NCBI GenBank assembly: GCA_007135125.1
Contig: SLJK01000057.1
Span: 3,612-67,611, forward strand
Length of the DNA: 64,000 nt
DNA from: Syntrophomonadaceae bacterium
Lineage (GTDB): Bacteria; Bacillota; Dethiobacteria; DTU022; UBA8154
Direction: 5' to 3'
Shown here in pieces: positions 37,084 to 47,453 of the stretch; positions within the stretch are counted from its first letter, which is position 1; each line of letters starts with the position of its first letter. A program made the position numbers and the translations under genes. The notes under the pieces were generated by a model. The model saw only the letters and a program-made list of their open reading frames with translations, did not search any database and was not told the origin of the DNA.

Positions 37084-37806
37084 ATGCTCCAAAACATTTG
37101 GAAATGGCTGATTATTCCGTTGATCATGATCGGTATCGGAACAGCAATTGTTATCTATGCAGTAAACAATCCCACCGATTCTATCGTAGCGCGCATGCTT
37201 ACTTATGAAAGAATATTCAGAGTTATTCGTGAGCACATGGCCCTACTTCTTATCTCGATGCTTGCTGCTACGTTCGTTGGTGTGGCAGCGGGGATTATGC
37301 TTTCCAGACCTCGACTTTACTATGCGGGTCGAGTCGTGGAAAATATTGTTAATGTAGGGCAGACTATTCCCAGCCTGGCTATTCTGGCTCTTTTCTTCAC
37401 GATCTTGGGTCTTGGTTTCAGAACAGCAGTTTTTGCCCTGTTCCTCTATTCAATACTTCCTATTCTAAGAAACACTTTTGCCGGTATTGACGGTGTCGAT
37501 TACAGTATTATTGAAGCAGCCAGGGGGATGGGCATGAATTCTTTTCGTATTTTAACGAAGATCGAACTGCCCATTGCTTTTCCAATTATTGTTGCCGGCA
37601 TACGGACAGCTGTTGTGATTAATGTAGGGGCAGCAACTCTGGCCACTTTTATAGCTGGTGGTGGTTTAGGTGATCTTATTGTCACCGGACTTTCTGTCCA
37701 CCGGGACATGATTATCGTTACCGGGGCAACCATAGCTGCTTTGACTGCTATTTTGCTTGATTATTTAATCGGGCGCGTAGAGGAGAAAATCGTTCGTTGG
37801 TCTTGA
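37084..37806 (+). CDS. Osmoprotectant ABC transporter permease (second)
   Basis: Paralogous to 35229..35972. Confidence 0.8.
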   Translation: MLQNIWKWLIIPLIMIGIGTAIVIYAVNNPTDSIVARMLTYERIFRVIREHMALLLISMLAATFVGVAAGIMLSRPRLYYAGRVVENIVNVGQTIPSLAILALFFTILGLGFRTAVFALFLYSILPILRNTFAGIDGVDYSIIEAARGMGMNSFRILTKIELPIAFPIIVAGIRTAVVINVGAATLATFIAGGGLGDLIVTGLSVHRDMIIVTGATIAALTAILLDYLIGRVEEKIVRWS

Positions 37807-37932
37807 AATGGATAAGCCGGTTTTTGAGTAAACAACAAGGTGTAAGGAATTTGATGTCTAGGAAGATAATTAAATTACAAAGTTTGGCTGTTTTTCCAAA
37901 ATCATTATATTAAAAGAGGGGGAGATTAATTT

Positions 37933-38850
37933 ATGACTATGAAAAGGGTGTTAGTAATATCTTTAGTCTTAGTCTTTTTAGCAGGGTCGATATTTATGAC
38001 GGGATGTGCACCGGATGAGGATGTAGTTACTATCGGTTCGAAAGAGTTTACCGAACAGTTGATCCTGGGCCAGATCGCGATCCATGCCCTGGAGGATCAT
38101 GGTATTCCGACCGAAGATGAAACCGGCTTGGGTGGAACTATAGTTGCCCGTGAAGCTCTGGAAAGAGGAGACCTAGATATGTACTGGGAATACACCGGAA
38201 CTGCGCTGGTTGAATTCTTTGGTATGGACGTGATCACCGATCCGGAAGAGTCCTACGCTACAGTTTCGGAAGCAGACCTCGAAAATGATCTGATCTGGCT
38301 GGACTATACTCCGTTTAACAACACCTACACAATTATGATGCGCCAGGAGGATGCTAATGAGTGGGGCATCGAGTCAATCAGCGACCTGGCCGAGGCAATC
38401 AATGAAGGCGTGGAAGCCCCGGAACCCGGTGAATGGACTTTCGCTACCGACCATGAGTATGAAGCACGTGATGATGGGTTAGAAGAGTTACAAATACATT
38501 ACGGTTTTGAGTTTGCAGATTATGATGTAATGGACCTCGGGGTTGTTTACGGTGCTTTAAGAGAAAAAGACCACCCGGTAGCCATGGGCTTTGCAACAGA
38601 TGCCCGCATTGCCGACTACAACCTGGTTAACCTGGTTGACGATCAGGAGTTCCACCCGGTCTATAACTGTGCACCGGTAGTGCGTCAGGAAGCACTGGAT
38701 GCTCATCCCGAGATACCAGACATTCTCAATCCTATTGCTGCAGCCTTGGATGAGGAAACCATGTCATCTTTGAACATGCAGGTTGACATTGAAGGTCAAA
38801 CTCCCAGTGAAGTGGCTGAAGAATGGCTGCTTGAGCAAGGTTTTATCTAA
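37933..38850 (+). CDS. Osmoprotectant-binding lipoprotein (OpuCC/OpuBC-like SBP)
   Basis: Lipoprotein signal (LAGSIFMTGC). Glycine-betaine-binding SBP fold. Confidence 0.75.
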   Translation: MTMKRVLVISLVLVFLAGSIFMTGCAPDEDVVTIGSKEFTEQLILGQIAIHALEDHGIPTEDETGLGGTIVAREALERGDLDMYWEYTGTALVEFFGMDVITDPEESYATVSEADLENDLIWLDYTPFNNTYTIMMRQEDANEWGIESISDLAEAINEGVEAPEPGEWTFATDHEYEARDDGLEELQIHYGFEFADYDVMDLGVVYGALREKDHPVAMGFATDARIADYNLVNLVDDQEFHPVYNCAPVVRQEALDAHPEIPDILNPIAAALDEETMSSLNMQVDIEGQTPSEVAEEWLLEQGFI

Positions 38851-38923
38851 TAAAGTAAAGGCAGATTCACGCTGCCCGTTACAGTAACTCTGAGTATGAG
38901 CTATGGGAAAACAGCCAGTATCA

Positions 38924-38961
38924 AGAGGGGCGAGCAGGAGCAGTCTTGCAGCCCCTCTTTT
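38924..38961 (+). terminator. Rho-independent terminator after the SBP gene
   Basis: AGAGGGGC / GCCCCTCT stem followed by TTTT. Confidence 0.75.
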
Positions 38962-39163
38962 AATCCACGCCTAACCCTTATAAATCAAAATTTTCTGATT
39001 GTCGGTTTAAATTAAAAAGCAATGTGATTGCATTACAATTGCATTGCTTCTTTTAGTTAAAATATTGTTAATTTATCTTGCTTGATTTGAAATTTTCCAG
39101 TATAGTAGTACTTACTAAACAATATTATTAACTGTAAAATAAAGGAAGGAGGCGCATGAACCA

Positions 39164-39448
39164 ATGGATAAAGAAGCCTATCAAAAAAAACTGGAAGCTC
39201 AATTAAAAGAATGGAAAGCCGAATTGGATAAATTAAAGGCCCAAGCAGAAAAGAAAGAAGCAGAAGCAAAAATTTCTTACCAGGACAAAATCAAGGACCT
39301 GGAGGCACAGTACCAAAAAATCAACGAAGAACTAAAAGGTCTTAAAGAGACAAGTTCTGAAACTTGGGAAGGTGTTAAAAAAGAGCTGGATAAAGGAACG
39401 GATGAGTTTAAGAAACAATTACAAGAAATATACTCTAAATTTAAATAA
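39164..39448 (+). CDS. Small coiled-coil protein (hypothetical)
   Basis: 94-aa K/E-rich heptad protein. RBS GGAAGGAGG. Followed by a terminator. Confidence 0.5.
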   Translation: MDKEAYQKKLEAQLKEWKAELDKLKAQAEKKEAEAKISYQDKIKDLEAQYQKINEELKGLKETSSETWEGVKKELDKGTDEFKKQLQEIYSKFK

Positions 39449-39463
39449 GTTATAATTAACGTA

Positions 39464-39500
39464 AAAAGCGAGAACTTGCAGTGCAGGGTTCTCGCTTTTT
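39464..39500 (+). terminator. Rho-independent terminator
   Basis: AGCGAGAAC / GTTCTCGCT stem followed by TTTTT. Confidence 0.8.
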
Positions 39501-39576
39501 ACGTTATTCATTTATAATTGATTTTGCCACAGGTAGCTGTATATATCAGCGGCCACATAAAAACAGGGAGGCAAAA

Positions 39577-39982
39577 ATGAGTGAACTGGTGACCATAAAA
39601 AATGACCTGTGGCAGTTTGCTGAACCGGAGAAAGCGAAAATATTGCAGCGCTTTTTTAAAGCTATCCCCGGCGGCTACGGGGAAGGGGACCGGTTCATAG
39701 GGGTTAAAGTGCCGTTCCAAAGGAAAATAGCCGGGAAATACTATAAAATAATCCCCCCGGAAGAAACAGCAAAATTGCTCCGGGACCCTTTTCATGAGTG
39801 TCGACTTACGGCACTGTTTATCCTTTGCCTGCAGTTTGAAAAAGGAGTCATTTTATCAAAAACCAGCAGCATATGCTTTTTTGCAAAAACATTATCGTAC
39901 GATGCCCCGCACTATGCTCCGTTATGCCATCGAAAAATTTGATCCCCGGTTAAGAAAGTTGTTTTTAAATGGAGAGATCTGA
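39577..39982 (+). pseudogene. DNA alkylation repair enzyme (AlkC/AlkD HEAT-like family) remnant, internally deleted and frameshifted
   Basis: N-terminal ~85 aa (ILQRFFKAIPGGYGEGDRFIGVKVPFQRKIAGKY) in one frame and a C-terminal-like piece (RYAIEKFDPRLRKLFLNGEI) in another. Total far shorter than the ~230-aa family. Confidence 0.55.
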
Positions 39983-40141
39983 TTCATCCAGGACCACATT
40001 TCCAAGCAAAAAAGCCCTTTCAAAAATGTTGGAAAAGTAATATGATGTTGAAAGGAAAACTGGAAGAAGGTTCAAGCTACAAGCATCTATAGTTTTGGTA
40101 CAGCGAGAAATCAAAAAACTGCAGTATGACCGCCTAGGAAG

Positions 40142-40879
40142 ATGGCTGGGAGGGGTTTGCTCTTTATCCCGCAGCGAGAGGAGAGCTGGGAATTGCCTAC
40201 AATTGTGCTCATTATTTTAATCATTATAATCTTTGCAGTTGTCTTGCTTGCGGGATTGCTCTTTATCCCTTTCAGATATAAAATTACGGGCAATTTTCGG
40301 GGAAGCAGTCTGGTTGCCAAATTACATCTAAAAGCGTTCGGATGTTTGGGTTTAAGCCTCCTCTACAAGGAAGATACATGGATGCTACATTTTTCAGTAT
40401 TTCAGGCTACTCTACCCTTTGTCTTCCCTTGGCAAAGAAAAGGGAAACTGAAAGAGAAAGGAGGAGAAGGAGACAAAGAAAAAGGGAAGTTTTCGTTCCA
40501 GGAATTCGTGAGGTATGCAAGGCACATAGCAGACCGGGAAATGCTGGCAGGGTTCTGGGATTTAGTCAAAAATCTGTTCAGGATATTTAAAATCCACTCC
40601 TTTAAAATCCAGGGTAAGGTGGGGTTTTATGAGCCTCATCTTACCGGGCAGCTGGCCGCCTTTCTTTACAGCGTAAAAAGTGCCTACCGGAATTACAGTT
40701 CAGATTTAGAACTGGTTTGGGATGAAGAAGTTTTGGACCTGGAAGTAAAAGCCGAAGGAAAATTCCTTTTTGCCGCTGTAATTTTCTACCTCCTACGCTT
40801 TTTGCTGTCCAAAAATACCCGTAGGGTTTGGAAAAAAATAAAAAAGGGAAAAAAGGCATCCCGGCTGGCAACTATATAA
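40142..40879 (+). CDS. DUF2953/YtfI-like sporulation membrane protein
   Basis: N-terminal TM segment. Lies upstream of a YtfJ/GerW-family gene, as ytfI-ytfJ does in Bacillus. Confidence 0.5.
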   Translation: MAGRGLLFIPQREESWELPTIVLIILIIIIFAVVLLAGLLFIPFRYKITGNFRGSSLVAKLHLKAFGCLGLSLLYKEDTWMLHFSVFQATLPFVFPWQRKGKLKEKGGEGDKEKGKFSFQEFVRYARHIADREMLAGFWDLVKNLFRIFKIHSFKIQGKVGFYEPHLTGQLAAFLYSVKSAYRNYSSDLELVWDEEVLDLEVKAEGKFLFAAVIFYLLRFLLSKNTRRVWKKIKKGKKASRLATI

Positions 40880-40938
40880 ACGTTCCAGGGGTATAGAAAA
40901 TTGAAAGTAAAAAATACCGAAAAACGGAGGGTAAACAG

Positions 40939-41301
40939 ATGGATACAGGCAGAAATATGATGGATTCAATGTTTGAAAAGCTGGATAAATTCCTGCGCAC
41001 AGAAACAGTGGTAGGAGAACCCATGCAGGTGGGTGAAATCACCATTATTCCTATTATTACCGTATCTTTTGGGGTGGGCGGAGGCGAAGGTGAAGGGAAG
41101 GACAAAGAAGGAAATGACGGAAAGGGGGCCGGTGGAGGATTAGGGTGCCGCATTTCTCCTACTGCCATGCTTATTATTAAGGAGGGGGAAGTAAGTGCAA
41201 TTCCTCTTGGTGTCAAAGGATCCCTGGAAAGAATAATGGAAATGGTCCCCGAGATCATCTCCAATATTAACATCGGCAAAAAATCATCCGGTAAAGAATA
41301 G
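40939..41301 (+). CDS. ytfJ: YtfJ/GerW-family sporulation protein
   Basis: VVGEPMQVGEITIIPIITVSFGVGGGEG...GGGLG glycine-rich core characteristic of Spore_YtfJ. Confidence 0.75.
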   Translation: MDTGRNMMDSMFEKLDKFLRTETVVGEPMQVGEITIIPIITVSFGVGGGEGEGKDKEGNDGKGAGGGLGCRISPTAMLIIKEGEVSAIPLGVKGSLERIMEMVPEIISNINIGKKSSGKE

Positions 41302-41631
41302 TTTAAAAGAAAGCCCTGTACGGGAACCTTCGGATACTAACAGTAAATTTAATTAAAAAGTTCAAGGCAGACGTTTGAAAAGAAAAAGCGAAAGTTTCCT
41401 CCCTGGAAGACAACACAGCTAGAACCGTTGCAGGCTGTTTTGTCTTCCATACGTTTTTAATATCTCCATAAAGAAAATAACTTTGTGGCAGATGGGCGGC
41501 TCTCTTGGTTCTACAATACATATAGTGCCACCGGAATAACAAAAATAACTTGAGGTATTATTATTTATCGGCACCTTCTACTAATCTATAAAAATGCTGT
41601 TATGGAGTTTACTTTTTAAGGATGTGAAAGA

Positions 41632-42696
41632 ATGAAAAATCAAAATATAGAAGCAAACATTGAGAATGCGTTTAGAGAGCAGATAAAAAAAGATCCCAAA
41701 GTAAAAAACGCATATTTACTGGTTCATTCAGAAAGTGCAGATATCCATATCAGCCTCGCAGAAGGCGCAACGGGCAATATACCGGCTCACCCGGAGCAAC
41801 CCAACTATATGGCCAGCGTGGGGAAGCTGTTTACCGCAACTTTGATTGGCATTCTCTTCGAAGAAGGAAAGTTAGCTTATAATGACCGTATTACCGCTTA
41901 TTTAGATGAAGAACTGACCAAGAACCTCCATGTTTACAAAGGAAAAAATTATACTGATGAGATTAAAATTAAGCACCTGTTAAGCCAAACCTCAGGTCTG
42001 TATGACAATTTTTGGCCGCTTCTGAAGAAGCTCATTAACGAGACCGATTTTAACATGGGTCCCCGGGAAGCCATCACTTGGGCTAAAAACAATTTAAAAC
42101 CCCATTTTCCTCCAGGCAAAGGTTTTAAATACTCTGACACCAATTATCACCTCTTGGGTTTAATTATTGAAAACATCACAGGAAAGCCCTTTCATGAAGT
42201 GCTGGCACAATATATTTTCAAGCCCCTAAGGATGAAGCACTCATACATGCTGAATTATTCCGAGCCGGCTGAAGCCAGCCCTTATCCTATGGCAGAATTC
42301 TACCATAAAGGCATCAAGGGTAATGACCTTAAAGGTTATGCCGGTATTGACTATGCCGGGGGTGGGGTAGTGGCTACCACTGAAGACCTGTTGAAATTCA
42401 TGAAAGCTTTAGTGAAATATCATTTGGTGACTAAAGAAACCCTGGAAATAATGAAGAACGACCGAGCAAAATACGGCCTGGGAATTGATTATGGATACGG
42501 AATTTGGCAATTCAAGACAATACCCTTGTTAATGCCGAAGAAACTTAATTCATGGGGAGTAGCGGGTGTAACGGGTGCTTTTATGTTTTATCACCCGGCA
42601 AAGGATACCTATCTTATCGGGAATTTTAATGATACCTCTTATGCGAGTAAGGGCCTAAGGTTTATGTTGTTGAAAGTGATCAAAAAGTTGTTTTAA
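41632..42696 (+). CDS. Serine hydrolase, beta-lactamase/PBP-like (class C type)
   Basis: SVGK (SxxK) nucleophile motif near the N-terminus. YxN-like region. 354 aa. Confidence 0.7.
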   Translation: MKNQNIEANIENAFREQIKKDPKVKNAYLLVHSESADIHISLAEGATGNIPAHPEQPNYMASVGKLFTATLIGILFEEGKLAYNDRITAYLDEELTKNLHVYKGKNYTDEIKIKHLLSQTSGLYDNFWPLLKKLINETDFNMGPREAITWAKNNLKPHFPPGKGFKYSDTNYHLLGLIIENITGKPFHEVLAQYIFKPLRMKHSYMLNYSEPAEASPYPMAEFYHKGIKGNDLKGYAGIDYAGGGVVATTEDLLKFMKALVKYHLVTKETLEIMKNDRAKYGLGIDYGYGIWQFKTIPLLMPKKLNSWGVAGVTGAFMFYHPAKDTYLIGNFNDTSYASKGLRFMLLKVIKKLF

Positions 42697-42825
42697 GAGC
42701 AACTATGGCCTTGAGCAAGCCTAACTTGCTTCTACTAATCCATACTACTGGCTGATTTTACCTATTTGAGATAGTTAGTAACTTGCTGCTATAATAATCG
42801 AGGGTCAGACTCTAGCAGAGGAAAT

Positions 42826-43710
42826 TTATGAGATAATCCCCTTATTATCCGGCAGAAATTTGATAATATGTCGGCGAAGATGTTTATAGGAGAGCGCCCC
42901 GGTGGTATGTCCTCTACTAATTGTTACCACGGGGCGGCTTCCATAAGATGCCTTCTGCAGCTCATACCGTATTATCTGATCAAAGCGAGCTAAGAGAGGG
43001 AATACATTGCTGTCCTCTCCAGCTTTAAACTCCTCTTCAAAATTTAACACCGGACCTATTGCTGCAGAGTTTTCTATAGCATGTTTTGCTACTGCCCTGC
43101 TGTAAATAGAATTTAAGAAAACATCGTCCATAGCTGTTCCGGCTAGCAAGGGAGTATAGAAATCAGCGCTGTTGAAGTGTATATGGTGCAGATTAGTGAT
43201 AAAACCGCCCAGGCTTGTACCAGCGACCAGGACTTGGCCTGTGCTATGCATCTTGTTGTATTGCACTAACTGCTCGATAAGACGGACAGAGACGGCAAGC
43301 ATCGCCACGAAATTAGCTAAAGTGCGGATCCCTTGCTGAAATTCTTTCATCGAACCGTGAAAAGGCGCCCGCACCAGAAATAAATTGAGAGGTATATTCC
43401 CTCTTTTTAGAGAAAAAATCCTTCTAAAACCATAGTCAAAAGGAATCTCGCTGGCACCGTGATGGTAAATGATAGAAGAACAACTTTTACCCTTCCACTG
43501 CGCCAGTCGGAAAGCTGCCTGCAGTTCTCCTACCAGCGTACCAGCAGAGAGTTCATAGTCTCCTTCACCTGTGATCTCCGGCAGTACAAGGCTTACATCC
43601 TGCAGATGCTCAGCAAATCCTTGAGAATGGATACTATCACGAAAATATTTAGGCATAAATTTTGCGCCCAAGCCCAGTGCTACCTTGTCTATTAACCCGT
43701 GGATGTTCAT
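42826..43710 (-). CDS. Alpha/beta-hydrolase (esterase/lipase-like)
   Basis: GTSLGG nucleophile elbow (GxSxG). 294 aa. Confidence 0.6.
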   Translation of the reverse strand: MNIHGLIDKVALGLGAKFMPKYFRDSIHSQGFAEHLQDVSLVLPEITGEGDYELSAGTLVGELQAAFRLAQWKGKSCSSIIYHHGASEIPFDYGFRRIFSLKRGNIPLNLFLVRAPFHGSMKEFQQGIRTLANFVAMLAVSVRLIEQLVQYNKMHSTGQVLVAGTSLGGFITNLHHIHFNSADFYTPLLAGTAMDDVFLNSIYSRAVAKHAIENSAAIGPVLNFEEEFKAGEDSNVFPLLARFDQIIRYELQKASYGSRPVVTISRGHTTGALSYKHLRRHIIKFLPDNKGIIS

Positions 43711-43955
43711 GAATGATGTATAAACTCCTTTAATTGAGGGTTTTTTATATTGTTATTATAATTATAGCTTATATTTACCGAAAAGAATGATTATCCATCT
43801 ATTTTTTTACAAAGTTTTTCAGGTATTATCTTTTGGGGTCTCTTGCCGGTGCGGTAGAGGGCAGAGGTGGTCAGGGACCGGGACCACTTCGACGCATCCC
43901 AAGTGCAACTCCGGGGGTATGTTCCCTTGTTCCTTGTCCCTTCTGCATGATGATA

Positions 43956-43984
43956 TTGACGGGTTTTGCCCGCAATGGTAAGAT
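43956..43984 (+). promoter_or_regulatory. Sigma-70-type promoter positioned to give a leaderless drrA-like transcript
   Basis: TTGACG, 17-nt spacer, TAAGAT. The -10 ends 6 nt before ATG 43991. Confidence 0.45.
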
Positions 43985-43990
43985 AAAATC

Positions 43991-44989
43991 ATGTCAAAAA
44001 GGATGCCTGGCTCTCAAACAGAACTTGCCGTGGAAACTCGTGCGCTGGTCAAAGTTTTTGGGCAAAACCGAGCAGTGGACGGGGTGGATCTGGAGATGCC
44101 CTGCGGCACCGTCTACGGTCTGTTGGGCCCTAACGGCGCCGGCAAAACCACCACCATACGCATGCTGTCCACCCTGCTGCAGCCAGATGGCGGCACCGCC
44201 CGGGTACTGGGTTATGACGTGGTACGCCAGGCAGACGCAGTGCGCAGCCGCATGAGCCTTACCGGGCAGTTTGCCTCGGCAGACGAAGATCTCACCGGTC
44301 AGGAAAACCTGGTGATGTTGGCCAGGTTGTGGGGTTTTTCCCGCATGCAGGCACGTTCACGGGCGGAAGAACTGCTGCACGCTTTTCATCTGGAGGATGC
44401 AGCCCGGCGCCAGGTAAAAAACTACTCCGGGGGGATGCGGCGGCGCCTTGATATTGCCGCCAGCATTATCATTACCCCGGAACTGCTTTTCCTGGATGAG
44501 CCCACTGCCGGCCTGGATCCTCGCAGTCGCAACCAGGTATGGAGTATTGTTCGTGCCCTGTTGGCAGAGGGTACTACGGTGTTGCTCACCACCCAATACC
44601 TGGAGGAGGCCGACCAACTCTGCGAAAGGATTGCCGTCATAGACCGGGGCAGGGTCATCGCCGAAGGTACCGGCGGTGAGCTCAAGGAGTCGGTAGGAAA
44701 GGGGACTCTGCTGGTGCGGCTGCGCCGGCCCGAACATCGGCCACGGGCTCAAGAGATTCTGCAGAGAGTTTTGAGCGATGTGACGCTGCACCAGTTGCTC
44801 GACCCTGCAGCGCTCTCGGCCCGCCTTAATCACACGGAGCGGGTGGCGGAAGCCCTGGCGGCATTGCAGCAGGCCGGTATCGCTGTAACTGAGTTTTCCC
44901 TGGGAAGGCCCAGCCTGGACGAGGTTTTTCTGGCGCTGACAGGACAGCCGGCAGAGGAGAAGACTACCGAAGGGGAGATTAACCATTGA
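43991..44989 (+). CDS. ABC transporter ATP-binding protein, DrrA/ABC-2 exporter type; >60% GC
   Basis: Walker [10 protein letters not shown], signature YSGGMRRRL, Walker B LLFLDEPT. Confidence 0.85.
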   Translation: MSKRMPGSQTELAVETRALVKVFGQNRAVDGVDLEMPCGTVYGLLGPNGAGKTTTIRMLSTLLQPDGGTARVLGYDVVRQADAVRSRMSLTGQFASADEDLTGQENLVMLARLWGFSRMQARSRAEELLHAFHLEDAARRQVKNYSGGMRRRLDIAASIIITPELLFLDEPTAGLDPRSRNQVWSIVRALLAEGTTVLLTTQYLEEADQLCERIAVIDRGRVIAEGTGGELKESVGKGTLLVRLRRPEHRPRAQEILQRVLSDVTLHQLLDPAALSARLNHTERVAEALAALQQAGIAVTEFSLGRPSLDEVFLALTGQPAEEKTTEGEINH

Positions 44990-45834
44990 TAGAAACCCGG
45001 CAGACCACAGTACCGGTGCCGCAGGATATTCAGGAAGATCTGCAGTCCGCCCTTTTTTTGAGCACCCGCCCTCCTCGGCCCAGTCCCCTGGCTTCTTCTA
45101 TGGTTTTTGGATGGAGGGCGCTGCTGAAGATAAAATACGTCCCCGAGCAGATGTTTGATGTGACCATCTTCCCGGTCATGTTCACCCTTATGTTTACCTA
45201 TTTATTCGGCGGAGCCCTCGCCGGATCCACCAGTGATTACCTGCAGTTTCTTCTGCCGGGGATCCTGGTGCAGACGGTGGTGTTCCTCACTGTTTATACC
45301 GGCTTCGGGTTGAACACCGACATCACCAAGGGGATCTTCGACCGGGTACGTACCCTGCCTATCTGGCGTCCATCCGCTCTGGTAGGCGCTTTGCTGGGTG
45401 ATGCCATGCGTTACACTATCGCATCAATTATAGTGATAGGACTGGGGCTGTTGCTGGGATACCGCCCTCCTGGTGGCCCCGCCGGAGTACTGCTGGCTGT
45501 ATTGCTAATGCTGACCTTTGCCTTCAGCATGTCCTGGATCTGGACCATGCTGGGGCTAATCCTGCGAACACCCAACTCGGTCATGGGAGTAAGCATGACC
45601 ATCCTTTTCCCCCTGACCTTTGCCAGCAACATCTTTGTAGATCCGCAAACCATGCCCCCGTGGCTGGCATCTTTTGTTGACGTTAACCCTATCACCATCC
45701 TGGTGACTGCCATGCGGGGCCTTATTAACGGCAACGCCGCCGGCAGCGAAATTCTCCTGGCCCTGCTGGTGTCAGGCGGATTCCTCGCCATTTTCGCTCC
45801 TTTAACCATGCACTTCTACCACCATAAGAAATAG
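44986..45834 (+). CDS. ABC-2 family transporter permease (DrrB-like); high GC
   Basis: 6-TM ABC-2 permease. 4-nt overlap with the ATPase gene. Confidence 0.75.
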   Translation: MIETRQTTVPVPQDIQEDLQSALFLSTRPPRPSPLASSMVFGWRALLKIKYVPEQMFDVTIFPVMFTLMFTYLFGGALAGSTSDYLQFLLPGILVQTVVFLTVYTGFGLNTDITKGIFDRVRTLPIWRPSALVGALLGDAMRYTIASIIVIGLGLLLGYRPPGGPAGVLLAVLLMLTFAFSMSWIWTMLGLILRTPNSVMGVSMTILFPLTFASNIFVDPQTMPPWLASFVDVNPITILVTAMRGLINGNAAGSEILLALLVSGGFLAIFAPLTMHFYHHKK

Positions 45835-45839
45835 TGCCA

Positions 45840-46940
45840 TCATCTGCATAAATGCTTCCCCGAAGACCGCCGCACCTTTCCCTCTTGCGTTTGTTTTTTT
45901 ATCTCGATTATTTCCCGGTTAAATTTTTCAGTTTCTCCCAAAAAAGGGGTGTGGGCCGAATTATTGAATATTATTAACTCCTTTTGAGGGGCTTCCAGTT
46001 TCTCATAATATTCTTCTACCAGCCGGAGCGGGGTATTGTAGTCGTTATTGCCGACCAAAAAGAAAACAGGGACTTCCAGGTCGGGGATATGTTCCGGAAA
46101 ATTAACGCCGAGCATCTCCCCTTCCGGGTGCAAGGAAGCTCCTCCGCGGTTCATACCGTCCAGTAAGCGGTAGTAGTCCATAAATGTATATTCATCTGCC
46201 CGGAAGGATATAAAAGCCAATCGCCACATCTCTTTGTCAAAGTTTCCTCCATAGGAGCTTACCAGTTGGGCAAACTCCTTGTAGTCACTGTGTTTGTAAG
46301 GGGGCACACCTATTTCCCCTAACCGGTTCAAGCTGTCTTTATCCTTTCGTTTTTCTATTTCTTCTTCCAGCCACTCGTAAGCTATCTCAAGCTGCCTCCG
46401 GCTCTCCACTAACTGGCTTACCCCGATATAGGCGTGGAAATGCTCGGGATATTCAGCCGCCAGCTCCGTTCCCAGGTGTGTTCCCCAGGAATGGCCCAGC
46501 AGATATATTTTTTCCGTTTGCTGACGCTCTTTTAAATACTCTACCAGGTCCAGCGCATCGCTCTTAAACTGCTCGAAAGTCATGGTTTCTTCTTTAAAGC
46601 CTCGGTGGTTTGACTTGCCCGCCCCGCGCTGGTCCCAGTGCACCACCACAAACTCCTCTTCCAGATCTTCGTCTATGTGGTGCGACAATGACATCTGGGC
46701 AGCCCCGGGACCTCCGTGCAGCCATAAAAGGACCGGGTTGGAGACGTCTCTGCCGCGGATAGAGATCCACTGCTTCAAGTTACCTAGTTCTACCTCTTCC
46801 AGGGCTGCAATACTACCTGGCAATATGTTACCTTCTGCGTCTTTAAACTGCCTGGTGGAGGGGGTGACTCCCAGGCAAAGAACAGCGGCAAGAATTAATC
46901 CAGCCAAAGCGGCAGCTGAAAAGATCATAAATTTCTTCAA
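45840..46940 (-). CDS. Secreted alpha/beta-hydrolase, proline-iminopeptidase-like
   Basis: GHSWGT nucleophile elbow. Signal peptide MKKFMIFSAAALAGL if the TTG at 46940 is used. The ORF track extends it to 47009. Confidence 0.6.
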   Translation of the reverse strand: MKKFMIFSAAALAGLILAAVLCLGVTPSTRQFKDAEGNILPGSIAALEEVELGNLKQWISIRGRDVSNPVLLWLHGGPGAAQMSLSHHIDEDLEEEFVVVHWDQRGAGKSNHRGFKEETMTFEQFKSDALDLVEYLKERQQTEKIYLLGHSWGTHLGTELAAEYPEHFHAYIGVSQLVESRRQLEIAYEWLEEEIEKRKDKDSLNRLGEIGVPPYKHSDYKEFAQLVSSYGGNFDKEMWRLAFISFRADEYTFMDYYRLLDGMNRGGASLHPEGEMLGVNFPEHIPDLEVPVFFLVGNNDYNTPLRLVEEYYEKLEAPQKELIIFNNSAHTPFLGETEKFNREIIEIKKQTQEGKVRRSSGKHLCR

Positions 46941-47215
46941 TAGTTCTTTCCTCCCGCATTTTATGAATGTAAGAGAGAAATTCAAAAAAAGGCGGTTTAA
47001 TTTTAACATAAATCAACCCTTTTGCGTGCTCACCTTTGTAATTATCCTGGCAGGGTCCCCGGAAAAAGGGTTTGTACTAAATATCAATAATAAATATTGC
47101 GAAGCTTGTCTGCTTCATGGGAAAAACTGTCTTTCTATGTGCGCCCATTGCGATGTGCTTGGGAAAGGCTTATAATGAGTATAATTTTTACATATTCAAG
47201 GAGGGTAGATTATAA

Positions 47216-47413
47216 ATGGGAGATTTGAAATATTTATTCTTTGGTGCCGGTGTTTTGGGAAGTGTGTACGCTGCCAAACTGCACGAGGCCGGTGTTGATG
47301 TAACGGTTGTTGCCCGCGACAAAAGATTTGCGGATATTAAAGAACATGGTATCGTGCTGGAGCAGTTTAAAACGGTGAATGATGTATGTTGTAATAATTT
47401 TGCCCCGGTATAA
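47216..47413 (+). pseudogene. 2-dehydropantoate 2-reductase (PanE/ApbA) N-terminal fragment
   Basis: GAGVLGSVYAAKL Rossmann motif. Only about 55 aa of a ~300-aa family, ending inside the tRNA-Pro promoter. Confidence 0.55.
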
Positions 47414-47442
47414 TTGACTTTGCCACGGGCAGCTGTTATAAT
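47414..47442 (+). promoter_or_regulatory. Consensus sigma-A promoter of tRNA-Pro
   Basis: TTGACT, 17 nt, TATAAT, about 11 nt upstream of the mature tRNA 5' end. Confidence 0.7.
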
Positions 47443-47453
47443 ATCACTAACTA

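Noticed and set aside
43833-44989. Overlapping ORFs 43833..44255+, 44357..44986-, 44422..44685- in the drrA region
   Set aside because: These are artefacts of >60% GC: long open frames on all strands. Only the frame with Walker A/B and the ABC signature is credible.
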